Of a DNA stretch of 64,000 nucleotides, positions 9,055 to 18,667 are shown piece after piece. The notes below the pieces were generated by a model, which saw nothing but the letters and a program-made list of their open reading frames with translations, had not been told where the DNA came from and did no database searches. A program made the translations under genes and the position numbers. The stretch comes from Alphaproteobacteria bacterium (GTDB lineage Bacteria; Pseudomonadota; Alphaproteobacteria; GCA-2731375): positions 4,448,001 to 4,512,000 of the forward strand of contig CBDDPY010000002.1 of assembly GCA_965232515.1 (NCBI GenBank), in the 5' to 3' direction. Each line of letters opens with the position of its first letter. Position 1 is the stretch's first letter.

Positions 9055-12000
9055 CTAAGCCAGAGCGACGCCGACGTGGTCGAGCGCGCCGTTTTCCCGC
9101 ATCGACTGCACGATCGCCTGTATGGAGGTGCCAAATGATCTGCGGCGCTCGGTGCCCTGGTGCAGGGCGACGATATTCATGTCGGCGTCGAAGCAAGGTG
9201 CCCCCGCCAAGCCCGGTGCCGTGTCGGCGTTATAGAAAATTCGCGTCTCTGCCTGGTCGATTTCAGTGATACCGCGGCTGGCAAAAGTGACATGCAAGGG
9301 GTTTCCGTTCGAGTGATGCAAAATCAGCAGCTGTTTATAGACGCGCGGTTGGCCGAGGCTGCCCATCAGGTCGAACCAGTGACGTCGCGACAGCTCCATT
9401 GATGCTCCGAACTCAGGTAAGGTCTCCATTTCCAGGACCGGCTCGTCGCCGGGGTGGCCGTCAACACGCACAAGCAGATAGGCAAGGTGCCACCGGTCGC
9501 TCGCATCGTCGTCGTTGTGTCTGGAGACGTCGACGAACGAGTAATCCTGACCCTTGAATGTGTGTCGATCCGTACCTCCGTCCGCTCTGATATCGAACAC
9601 GAACTCCAGGTCGTTCGCCCGCGAAAAATCAGACAGATGCTGGATCGCAGCGTGAGACGTGAACACTAGATCAGGCCCGACGAGTAGGCCCGTGGCAACT
9701 GGTTCTCCTCGAACGTCGATACGGCAGAGCTGTCTGGCGACAGCGGCGACTTTAGACTGCAGCTCTTCCTGAGAGAGCATGCTCGACAACTGTGCCATTC
9801 GCTCCAGCTCCTTCTGCTGATAGCGAACGACACCGGTCTCCAACTCGTTCGCGATCCTGAGTAGCTCGCCGTCTGATGGCCGGAGCTGTGCCGCCATGTC
9901 GACTAGATTTTCGAGCCAACCTTCTTGATTGGCCATCTGCAGTAGCCCGAAGACCTGTACAGGCGGGGGATTGTTTAGCGATACGATCGATTCCAGGCTT
10001 CGACCCGTGGCGAAAACCAGCAGCCGCAGTTCGTCGAGCGAAAATGCCCGGACGAAGATGCTGCTTATGTCAGTCAAGCGCCGGCCGCGGCCAACTGCCC
10101 GGCTCCACCAGCTGCGAACTGTATGCATTGGCTCAGTCGTTTGCGCGCGCTTGGATCGCGGCTGCGTCTTGCGTAACTCACCAACTGCAACCTCGAGAAA
10201 CTTGTTGGCATGGGCTAGACCGAATTTCGAGAACGCGTCGTTCAGCACGACTGGCACTAGGGTCATCAAACCAACGAACAGCCCCTGCCAGGTGGCGTTC
10301 AGGGACTGTTGCGGAGAAATCGACACGGACCGGGCGACTACCCCGGGCTTCTCGCCCTGCGACTCGGACACCTTCTGGTCGTACTCGCTCATGGCGCGTC
10401 CAAGTCGCCGGCGTCCGGGTTCGGACACTGCTTCGAGTACACCACCCCTAATGCCGGCCAGAACGACCCTCGGCTCGTCGGCCCCGATGCCAATGATCGC
10501 CCGCTTGACGAGATCGGCGTGCGTCGTGAGTTGCTCGTCGGACATCACAAACACCGCCTCCGCAAGCCTGTCACTGTTTACCGATAGGATCTTTTCGTCC
10601 TTTAGCTCGGAGGCCCATTCGAACTTGAGTAGCGCGATCTCGAGCGATTTACGCACATCCTCGCGATCGACGGCGATCCGCTGCGCCTGAGACAATAAGC
10701 CGCGTGCCTCATCGTAGTCACCCAGCTCGTAGGCGACTTTGGCCGAGATGAGTTGCAACGCGACCCGATAGCCGCTTGCCGCCGTTGACGGCAGGGACGC
10801 AAGGCCGCGACTGGCGACAGCCCCAGCCTCTTCCGGTTCCCCGGTCTTGAGCAGCAGTTCGGCCTCGTCGACATATAGCCAGCTGCCTGCCGATCGATCT
10901 TTACGCTCGCGTAGGATCTGCAGCCTTTTTTCGGGCGAGGCCTCCTCCTTCGCCCGCCTTCTGGCATCGGATTCCCAGGTCGCCAGAGACGCGGCGCGGC
11001 GCAGCTCCCTCGGCACGTCCTCACCCATGAGTGATAAGAACAGTGCCTTGCTCTGCAGCGGCAACTCCTCTTCTACGCCCGCCAGATACTGGTCAATCCC
11101 GGCTACGTTCCATCGATCGCGAACCGACTGCTCGTCGTCCCCACGGGCCAGCCGGTGATAGATCTCCTCTGCCCGTAGCCGCGGTCTCTCTTGATCGTCC
11201 GAATGGTCCGAGGCCGTGGTGTAGTAGTCGATCGCCTGGTCGAGGACCTCACCGAGCCTGTCCACGTCCAGGTCCCGCATTAGATCGAGTAGCGCCTGTC
11301 GGACTTCCGGTCTCGGGTAGATCTCTGCAGCGTCCTCATGGTTCGCCGAGAACAGATCGATCGCACTCCGCAGCTTCTCGAACAGTTCCAGTCCGGCCGC
11401 ATCGCTGAGAACGCCCGTATCCAGAGACGGGGCCAGCACTTTACTGACGATGTCGGCGTCAATTACCCGAAGCAGCAGCGCCGGTCCGGCGACGCCTTGC
11501 ACGTCCTTGTCCTCGATATGATCGAGGTAGCGCGTGATCAGCTGGTTCTGGATGCGCCCGGCCTGCAACTCGGACCAGAACTGCTCGTCCAGGGCCGCCG
11601 TTCCCTGTTCCTGGCGTTGCTTCCAAACCGCCACAGCCACCCTGAGGGTCAGGGGACTCACACCAGCGTCGTCTTCGTCCATGCGGCGTGCCACCCGACC
11701 AGCCAGATCGGAGGGAAAGCCGCCGTCGGAGAGATATTCGACGGCGAACTTCCGTTTCAGGCCCTTGAGCTCCAGCTTGTCGGTCTTTAGGTCGAATTCC
11801 GCCAGCGCGTAGCTGTCCTCGTCCGGATTCCTGCCGATCGGTGCACGGCCCGCAATGATGAGACGTAGATAGGGATGGGTCTCCTGCAAGCTGTCCACGA
11901 ATCGCCAGAATGCCGAAATCGACTCGCGGTCGCTGAATCGCGCCTTTTCGAAGGTATCGAGGAACAAGAGATAAGGCCTTTCACTGAGGGAATTCGCCTC

Positions 12001-13017
12001 AAGCATCTTGGCGAACTCTCTGACCATGTGCGGCAGCAATTCCAGCATCACGGTTTGTCGCTGTCGCTCGGCCGAGAGTCCGCCAAGCGCGGCCGTCCTT
12101 GTCGACTGCATGACGGCTGCCCGCCATGATTGTCGCAGGCCCGAGAACGTCGGACCGAAATCCGGATACTGAATCTCTAGCTGGCGCAGGGCCTCGTACA
12201 GGATAGCGTGCGGTTGCTGTGGTGAGAGCTTCGTCCGGTCGAAATCAATGTAAGTGAACGGTAGCCGGCCCTCGTCGAGCGCCCGGGCATGGTCGAGTAT
12301 GAACCTGGCGATTAGGGTTGACTTGCCCATGCCGCCCGGGCCGAACAGCATGATAGGTGGCTTCTCGTGCAGGCTGAACACTTGGCGGAACGTCCTGGAG
12401 ATCAATTCCGTGACGGAACTGGTTTCCTGCACGCCCACGTAGTCGGCGAGACTGGCCAGTTCCTCGACCCGTCCCTTGAAGTTCTCCCCAGCAAGATCGT
12501 GAAACGGCTTAAGAAAATTGAGTATGGCGATGCGTTTCTTGATCACCTCCATTGCCGGCATGCCGTCGGTGCTCTCCGAAAACAACTGCCGAACGCTCCA
12601 CAACTCCGACAGCTGTCCGAGATCGTCGCTGTCGGTGGTCAACGCACCGTCGACGATATCCCCAATGGTCTTGCCGAGGGGATCGGCGCGGCTCGAGCCG
12701 ACGGAGTCGAGCGTATGCTGGATCTTGTCCACAGAGTCCAGCTGCTTCAGGACGCTCTTCCGCGTCGAAGGTCGCAGGCTCCAACGTTGCGTCTGCCCTT
12801 CGTAGACTGGTCGCGACAGATCCAGCAGCTCGTTCACCTCGCTCGGGTCGGCCGGACTAAGCTCATCAACCGAAAAGCTCGACAACACTGCCGCGCGCTC
12901 GAACATCGCGCTGAACTTCGGCTCGCCGTACTTGTTGGGCTCGAAGGCACGGCTCTCGCTCAGCTTCCTTGCAGCCGCCTGAAGGATCCTGCGACGATCG
13001 ATGCCAGCAGTACTCAT
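9055..13017 (-). CDS. STAND-class NTPase with TPR-like repeats, EAD1-like domain and C-terminal catalytically degenerate trypsin-fold domain
   Basis: Walker A FGPGGMGKSTL, Walker B LFLDTFE, GxP-like GVSPLTL, TPR-like helices (ELGDYDEARGLL), EAD1-like segment AFSLDEL...NQEGWLENLV...RP (~9850-10090), trypsin-fold segments ATGLLVGPDLVFT and GLAGAPCF...VALHQG. Confidence 0.85.
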   Translation of the reverse strand: MSTAGIDRRRILQAAARKLSESRAFEPNKYGEPKFSAMFERAAVLSSFSVDELSPADPSEVNELLDLSRPVYEGQTQRWSLRPSTRKSVLKQLDSVDKIQHTLDSVGSSRADPLGKTIGDIVDGALTTDSDDLGQLSELWSVRQLFSESTDGMPAMEVIKKRIAILNFLKPFHDLAGENFKGRVEELASLADYVGVQETSSVTELISRTFRQVFSLHEKPPIMLFGPGGMGKSTLIARFILDHARALDEGRLPFTYIDFDRTKLSPQQPHAILYEALRQLEIQYPDFGPTFSGLRQSWRAAVMQSTRTAALGGLSAERQRQTVMLELLPHMVREFAKMLEANSLSERPYLLFLDTFEKARFSDRESISAFWRFVDSLQETHPYLRLIIAGRAPIGRNPDEDSYALAEFDLKTDKLELKGLKRKFAVEYLSDGGFPSDLAGRVARRMDEDDAGVSPLTLRVAVAVWKQRQEQGTAALDEQFWSELQAGRIQNQLITRYLDHIEDKDVQGVAGPALLLRVIDADIVSKVLAPSLDTGVLSDAAGLELFEKLRSAIDLFSANHEDAAEIYPRPEVRQALLDLMRDLDVDRLGEVLDQAIDYYTTASDHSDDQERPRLRAEEIYHRLARGDDEQSVRDRWNVAGIDQYLAGVEEELPLQSKALFLSLMGEDVPRELRRAASLATWESDARRRAKEEASPEKRLQILRERKDRSAGSWLYVDEAELLLKTGEPEEAGAVASRGLASLPSTAASGYRVALQLISAKVAYELGDYDEARGLLSQAQRIAVDREDVRKSLEIALLKFEWASELKDEKILSVNSDRLAEAVFVMSDEQLTTHADLVKRAIIGIGADEPRVVLAGIRGGVLEAVSEPGRRRLGRAMSEYDQKVSESQGEKPGVVARSVSISPQQSLNATWQGLFVGLMTLVPVVLNDAFSKFGLAHANKFLEVAVGELRKTQPRSKRAQTTEPMHTVRSWWSRAVGRGRRLTDISSIFVRAFSLDELRLLVFATGRSLESIVSLNNPPPVQVFGLLQMANQEGWLENLVDMAAQLRPSDGELLRIANELETGVVRYQQKELERMAQLSSMLSQEELQSKVAAVARQLCRIDVRGEPVATGLLVGPDLVFTSHAAIQHLSDFSRANDLEFVFDIRADGGTDRHTFKGQDYSFVDVSRHNDDDASDRWHLAYLLVRVDGHPGDEPVLEMETLPEFGASMELSRRHWFDLMGSLGQPRVYKQLLILHHSNGNPLHVTFASRGITEIDQAETRIFYNADTAPGLAGAPCFDADMNIVALHQGTERRRSFGTSIQAIVQSMRENGALDHVGVALA

Positions 13018-14141
13018 GCCCCGTCTCCCTGAATAACGGCTTGCGCCTTGCGCTCCAGGGCGTCGGCCAGCGCTTGCATCTGGCCGCCTTTTCCGGGATC
13101 TATGTTGCGCAAAAGCTCGTTCGCATCTTCCGCGATTCTGTCTACCTGTTCCTGTTCCCCCAAGCTCTCATACTTGGCCGCGTCGACTTGCAGCAGGAAC
13201 GCGCCGAGTTCATTGTAGAGCTCTACCGCATATTGGGGATCGGTTAGATCTTTTGTTTCGTCCTGATGCCTGCGCACGGCGTGGCCTTCGAAATCCTCGT
13301 CGTTGTAGTCGAGCAGCAACAGCCGGACGGCGGTCAGGTTGTTTCCAACCCTGTCTATCAGGTCGTCGATCAGCAGCCTGGCGCTATGAGCGACCGGCCC
13401 CTCGTTGAAACCGTCGATGATCACCCAGTAGATCCGCTCCGACCCGGACAGTGCACCCGTCAGCCATGAGCCCACATTCTTGGCCCAAGTCGACGCCTGC
13501 TCCTTCTGTTCCGAAAAGTCGGCCTGATACTTCTCTGGCAGTTCAATTTCTTGAATCTGGTTGACGATTTCGGTAATGACATGCCACCCATCTGTCAGCA
13601 TGGTGTTTGGTTCAGCCTTGCTTGGCGCAAGATCGACCCAGACCACGTCGAATACATCGGTGCCTTCCTGATCCCTGGCGCTCGCCACATGGTAGACGAG
13701 CTCTTTGCTGTAGGTCTTACCCGTACCGCTGCCCCCCGTGACGGTCAGAATGCGCCGACCGGGCTTATTGAAGTGATTGGCGATCGTGCGGAACTGCTTG
13801 CGGCCGAGGAACGGCAGCAGGCCTGGTAACAGGTAGTGCTCATGACACGGCGCCGCCATCCCCACATCATCGGGAGCCATCGAGTCGAGGATCGCCTTGA
13901 TGTCCTTGAATGACTGCTGGTTGGGCCTGTCTTCGAGCAGAACATCAATCAGATCCTCCAGCCACGCCTTCATAATGGCATCATCGACCACGAACTGCGC
14001 TACCTCCGGCATGGCTGTTTCCGGCACGATATTCCTCAACGTTCGTTCGATCTTGCGGAGTGTGCGACTCAAGTCCGAGTAAGTGTAATGGGCGGCAATG
14101 CCATCTATTAAAGTAACTTGCTCTCGACCAGTCAGTCTCAT
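13014..14141 (-). CDS. EAD1-like domain fused to a short STAND-like P-loop NTPase
   Basis: N-terminal EAD1-like MRLTGREQ...KAWLEDLIDVLLEDRPN; Walker A TGGSGTGKT; Walker B WVIIDG; ATGA overlap with the downstream gene. Confidence 0.78.
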   Translation of the reverse strand: MRLTGREQVTLIDGIAAHYTYSDLSRTLRKIERTLRNIVPETAMPEVAQFVVDDAIMKAWLEDLIDVLLEDRPNQQSFKDIKAILDSMAPDDVGMAAPCHEHYLLPGLLPFLGRKQFRTIANHFNKPGRRILTVTGGSGTGKTYSKELVYHVASARDQEGTDVFDVVWVDLAPSKAEPNTMLTDGWHVITEIVNQIQEIELPEKYQADFSEQKEQASTWAKNVGSWLTGALSGSERIYWVIIDGFNEGPVAHSARLLIDDLIDRVGNNLTAVRLLLLDYNDEDFEGHAVRRHQDETKDLTDPQYAVELYNELGAFLLQVDAAKYESLGEQEQVDRIAEDANELLRNIDPGKGGQMQALADALERKAQAVIQGDGA

Positions 14142-14147
14142 GGCGGG

Positions 14148-15269
14148 TCACTCACAGGGCCGGTTCAGCAGGTCGAGTTTGCCGCGCTTCTGCAGTAGGG
14201 CCCGTATAGCCTTGAACGGAACGAACTGGTTGTAGATAGCTGCGCGGCCCAGATCGGGATCGGTACCGTTGTGCAGGCCGACTAGCTTCCACCGGATATC
14301 GAAGCACGGTGCGCCCGAGGATCCTCCCAGCGTCGCGGTTCGGTGTCTTACCCTAGTGTCGTTGGGGTTGCGTTCGATCACCGATTTCGTGCGGTGGGCG
14401 ACTTTCACGACGCCACCTGCTGGGTGCTGCACGATGGTAATCGGCGCATCCTCACCCGGAATCAGAGGATTCGCTTCCAGGTCTATCCAGCCGCGCCGGC
14501 TGTTGGCCGTCGCGGCCTCGTCGGTGCCCGCCTTGCTCTGCACCGGTAGGCATCCGACCGGCGTGTCCAGCCGTAGTAGTGCGTAGTCCAATTCCTCGTC
14601 ACTGGTCGCCGGCGCATTATCGCTCGCGATCAGGTCCCTGGCGCTGGAGGGCGCGTGATCGAGCAGCGGCTCGGCGGCGAGCTTATGTGTGACGCCCTCA
14701 TTCAGGGTGATGCCGTCCTCGTTCAGTTTGTAGTCGAACCTGACATTTACGTCGAAAAAAACGGCTGCCGTAGGGGGCTTGACGATCTTCTCGATCACGT
14801 GGAAGTTCGTCATGACGATATCCGGTCCCAACAAAAAACCGGTTCCGTTGACCGTGTTGCCGGAGTTCGTCTTGTAGTTAATTTGGCAAACCTTCTTTAT
14901 CAAACCGCCCACCACTGCCCAGTCGAGCAGGCTTCCTTCGTCCTTGTAGAAGCGCTCCAGCGCCTGTCGATCCTCGCTTTCCATGCTGAGGCCAAGTCCA
15001 AGGTCGGCAATCAGCTTCGCGAAGTTCGCGTAACCAGGGCGCGCCTCAGAGCAGGCCAGCACTAGATCGTCCAGCCAGCCGGTCATCTCGGCGTTTTCAA
15101 TGACGGCCTGCACCATGACCGACATCGCGTCCGACGAGGTTATCGTGTTGAGCCTCCTATCCAGGCGTCGTCGCAGCATTAACGAAAGGCTGTCCTCGGT
15201 GAACAGATCAACCAAGCCGTCGTGCAACAGTGTGAACTGCGGGCCTTTTAGCTGGACATAGGCAGTCAT
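14148..15269 (-). CDS. EAD1-domain trypsin-like (V8-type) serine protease
   Basis: EAD1 pattern LKGPQF..L...L.DLF...L..ML..RLDRRL..I...AEMTGWLDDLV...RP; intact triad TNFHV / LDYALL / GSSGAP. True start inferred at ATG 15269. Confidence 0.9.
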   Translation of the reverse strand: MTAYVQLKGPQFTLLHDGLVDLFTEDSLSLMLRRRLDRRLNTITSSDAMSVMVQAVIENAEMTGWLDDLVLACSEARPGYANFAKLIADLGLGLSMESEDRQALERFYKDEGSLLDWAVVGGLIKKVCQINYKTNSGNTVNGTGFLLGPDIVMTNFHVIEKIVKPPTAAVFFDVNVRFDYKLNEDGITLNEGVTHKLAAEPLLDHAPSSARDLIASDNAPATSDEELDYALLRLDTPVGCLPVQSKAGTDEAATANSRRGWIDLEANPLIPGEDAPITIVQHPAGGVVKVAHRTKSVIERNPNDTRVRHRTATLGGSSGAPCFDIRWKLVGLHNGTDPDLGRAAIYNQFVPFKAIRALLQKRGKLDLLNRPCE

Positions 15270-15288
15270 CGGCAACCGCTCACCAAAA

Positions 15289-16380
15289 TCAATGCATCGC
15301 CAGCTGCTCGCGGATCTTCGCGACAACGTGCGCATAATTCTGCTGCCGCGAAACGCCGGCAAAGTGCATTCCTACGCAGACGTCGCCGGCACCCTCGAAT
15401 AGAAAAACAGTCGAGCCGGAGTTGCCGCCCAGCGTCGAGGCATCGTGGCTCATAATCCAAGCTTCGTCATCGCCCTCAAGCTCACCTGGACCGGCCTTAG
15501 TCTTGCCCGGCGCCCAACGCTTCCAACCAAATGTATTCGCGAAAATATCGGCCAACACGTCCCTGTCCTCGAACAGCGGCCGAGCTGGATACCCGATAAC
15601 ATAAACCTTGCGGTCCGCACCGATCGTTGATGACGGATCCGCAAGCGGGATGTTCGGGGGGAAGTTGTCATCGGTCTCGCACTGCAGCAGGGCCAAATCC
15701 AGGCGTTCGAAATTCACCTCGCCTCTAATCGGCATCGGCCCGGCGTAGAGCACCCGTGTAATTGTGTAGCCCGGCTCGATGTCGCGTTCAAACTCATGGC
15801 TGAAGTTGATCTCTACATCTGGGTGGATCGTCCAGCTCGTCGTGCCGGCTTGGCCCGGATGCTCGGCTCCGACCGCCTCGAGCACATGCCGGTTGGTCGC
15901 AATCACGCCAGGGGCAACTACAAAGCCTGTTCCGGAGAACTTTTGAGTGGCGGTCGGGTCATTGATCCTGCCGACCGATCGCGTCACCGAATTGATGCGC
16001 TCATGGTGCATCTGCGCATCGCCATGCCAAGTTCCTAGAACGGATCGTCGCAACGGAATCGAGTTGTCCTGAACGAATACGGCCGGCCTGGAACCATCGG
16101 TCAGTATGACTGCCTCGAGGCCCTTGACCTCGTCGTCGGATAGCGCGGACTCTGGACCTTCGCTGGACAGCCTCTGCATCCCGCTTCTGGCGTTCGCGAG
16201 CAGATGTTTTGCCCGATCGGCGTCGACCGCATCGGTTCCGACCGTTGTGATCGCTCGCTCGAGTGCTCCCAGGGAATCTGCAATTCGCTCGGCGCTCAAG
16301 TCCAGACCGTTGTTAGTGCTCTCGAGCGCGGCGTTGCTGTTTCCACCGAGCAGCTTCAGGTAATAGTCTGAAGTGTTCAT
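15289..16380 (-). CDS. Trypsin-like (V8-type) serine protease with N-terminal pro-region
   Basis: Triad TNRHV / LDLALL / GNSGS; GTGFVV; VGMHFAG; no signal peptide. Start inferred at ATG 16380. Confidence 0.88.
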   Translation of the reverse strand: MNTSDYYLKLLGGNSNAALESTNNGLDLSAERIADSLGALERAITTVGTDAVDADRAKHLLANARSGMQRLSSEGPESALSDDEVKGLEAVILTDGSRPAVFVQDNSIPLRRSVLGTWHGDAQMHHERINSVTRSVGRINDPTATQKFSGTGFVVAPGVIATNRHVLEAVGAEHPGQAGTTSWTIHPDVEINFSHEFERDIEPGYTITRVLYAGPMPIRGEVNFERLDLALLQCETDDNFPPNIPLADPSSTIGADRKVYVIGYPARPLFEDRDVLADIFANTFGWKRWAPGKTKAGPGELEGDDEAWIMSHDASTLGGNSGSTVFLFEGAGDVCVGMHFAGVSRQQNYAHVVAKIREQLAMH

Positions 16381-16792
16381 AACATCAAAGTCTCTATCGA
16401 ACTTGGCTGCGGCGCGCTGGTCAAGAACGCATTGCAGGATGTATGGCCTTGAACCGCTCGACTGGCCCCAACTGGGGCCTCCGGCGGAATTTCGCTCCAC
16501 TGGGATTGGATCGAATGTCGCAACCTTCCCAGCAAGCGATTGGATGCAATAAGCACCTATTTGTCTCGAACCGGGCCTGGAAGGCTTTTTGCGCCGTTCC
16601 GAGCGGCAGCTTCGATAATGAACAACACCATCTCGGACGGCAACATCAGGCGCCGTGGCTGGAAAGACCAGGTCCTCAACTCCTCCTACTACCATCTGTC
16701 TTTGGTTTGAATAGAAAGTGATGCTAACATACTTAAAGAAGGTTGCATAACCTACGGAACTTATCTCAAAAGAAGAACGAATTGGGGCGAAG

Positions 16793-18346
16793 ATGCGCTA
16801 TTCGTCGCTCGCACTGGTTTTCGCCCTATTCTCGGGAGAGGTTTTCGCCTCGGACTCGCCTGCTCCGGAACTTAGTATCGTCAACGCCGGCAGCGGCGGC
16901 TTCTCGTTGAGCCGGTCGATCAGTCGTTTTGAACACGCATTTATCATCGAGTCGAAGAACAAGTCCGGCGTCGCTGACCTGCATATCGAAGTTCCTGACT
17001 TTGTGGGGCCGGACGGTGTGATCGCCGAGACCAAAGTCACGGTCGACGGGAAACCGCTGACGGCAAAGGACCGATTTTCCATCGAAGGGCTGAACGACCT
17101 ACGCTTGACAGTCTCCGCGGCGCTGACGCAGTCCGGCGGCTACGAGACGTCGATCACTCTCATTTATGGAGAGACGCGAAAATCGACACCCATCAAGGTA
17201 AGCCGTACGCGAAACCCACTCGACCTTGCCATCGAGAGCGCCGGCACCGCCGTCGGCAGCACGTGGACGATAAGACCTGCAAGCGTTGACCTTTGGCTAA
17301 CGGTCGTGGTGGGTGGCCGCACGGTCGTACTGGAGAAACCTGCTATTCGAAATCTGACTCGCAAGAGCGGCAGCGACGACTTGAGTGCAGATTTTGCAGG
17401 TCTGCGGTTTGCGCTGTCCGATCAATCCAGTCCCGTCTGGCCGATGGCACTGGATCCAGCTTCCGCGCAGAGCATCAGAGTAACGGTCGATGGCCTCACG
17501 TCGCCAGGCACATACCAGGGGACTCTAATCTTCCCGTCTCGAGATCATACAGCCGCCGAAGCATCATTCAGCTTGAATATCCGCCGGGCCTGGTTTGAAG
17601 CCGCCGCTGTCATTGCCTTCGGTTTGCTCGTTTCGCTCGGCTTGCGGCATTTGCAGGAGAACGTTCAGCCCAGGCTGCGCCAGCAGGTCGATGTACTGAA
17701 CCTCCTTGTGAGGCTCAGGCGCTCACTGGCGCAGGAGCGTCAGTTGACGAAGGAAGACCAGGACCTGATAACCGCCGTGGAAGATCGACTCTCCCAACTC
17801 TATGCCGACCTGCGCGTCACCGGTATCGAGCAAGCCGATGACATCGTCGACGAGATTGCGGCGAAGCTGCCGCTCATCCCCACATGGATCAACATCAATG
17901 TCGAAATCCGCACGCTGCCGGAGGAAAAGCGTCGACCTCTGCATAAGGAGTTGATGGAGATCGGACAGGTCATCTCGGAGGAGGGCACAAGCACGGACCA
18001 GATCAAGTCCGCATCTGCTCAGTTGAATAGCCTAAAGGCGAAGGTTGCCGCTGCCGCTAAGCAATCGGCCGCAGAATCGGTGGGCGATCTGCCAATGGAG
18101 CAGATCGAACTGGAGAAGCTCTCCGCCCTCGCCCGGGTCAAACGCAGCGAAATCACATTCAACCTTGCGATACTGGGCATTGCGATCGTATTGGGCCTGT
18201 ATCTGCTCTGGTCGTCGAACTCGACCTGGGGGACGCCAGGGGACCTGTTCGTCGCGTTCCTCTGGGGTCTTGGCTTGCATACAATAACCGCAAAACAGAA
18301 GTTCGAAGGCCTAGGAGATCTCGCTGGCCGCTTTAGCAAGCCCTGA
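16793..18346 (+). CDS. Hypothetical membrane protein: signal peptide, extracytoplasmic beta-sandwich region, TM helix, helical cytoplasmic region, two C-terminal TM helices
   Basis: MRYSSLALVFALFSGEVFA signal; repeated G.Y...I/L beta motifs; hydrophobic segments AAAVIAFGLLVSLGL, LAILGIAIVLGLYLLW, LFVAFLWGLGL. Confidence 0.8.
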   Translation: MRYSSLALVFALFSGEVFASDSPAPELSIVNAGSGGFSLSRSISRFEHAFIIESKNKSGVADLHIEVPDFVGPDGVIAETKVTVDGKPLTAKDRFSIEGLNDLRLTVSAALTQSGGYETSITLIYGETRKSTPIKVSRTRNPLDLAIESAGTAVGSTWTIRPASVDLWLTVVVGGRTVVLEKPAIRNLTRKSGSDDLSADFAGLRFALSDQSSPVWPMALDPASAQSIRVTVDGLTSPGTYQGTLIFPSRDHTAAEASFSLNIRRAWFEAAAVIAFGLLVSLGLRHLQENVQPRLRQQVDVLNLLVRLRRSLAQERQLTKEDQDLITAVEDRLSQLYADLRVTGIEQADDIVDEIAAKLPLIPTWININVEIRTLPEEKRRPLHKELMEIGQVISEEGTSTDQIKSASAQLNSLKAKVAAAAKQSAAESVGDLPMEQIELEKLSALARVKRSEITFNLAILGIAIVLGLYLLWSSNSTWGTPGDLFVAFLWGLGLHTITAKQKFEGLGDLAGRFSKP

Positions 18347-18667
18347 CTGCCCAAAAAAACCGAGCGCTGCATCATGCCGGACGCAATGCCCGATGCTGCC
18401 AGAATGGACCAGCACGCGCTGTATTCGGACGCCTCCTGTGCACGGCGCAGACTGAAAGATATCCCAAATCGGCGACGAGCACGATTCGCTATCCAAATCG
18501 AGTTAGGGATCCTCCATAATTAGGCCCGGTGAAGCTATTATTTGCATACGATTCAGGCTCATCTAAGGAGGCCAGCACTCGATAAATGCCTCTTTGCCCT
18601 GGCCTGTGCTGCAGACAAGCTGCCACGCGGATCAGCTGTACTTGCGCGAAAAACCCGCATACTGAGG

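Noticed and set aside
16381-16695. Upstream extensions of ORF-track calls (16695, 15362, 23182, 3457, 28193, 45321, 51458)
   Set aside because: They overlap neighbouring genes or promoter regions and lack family similarity; downstream starts fit domain boundaries better.
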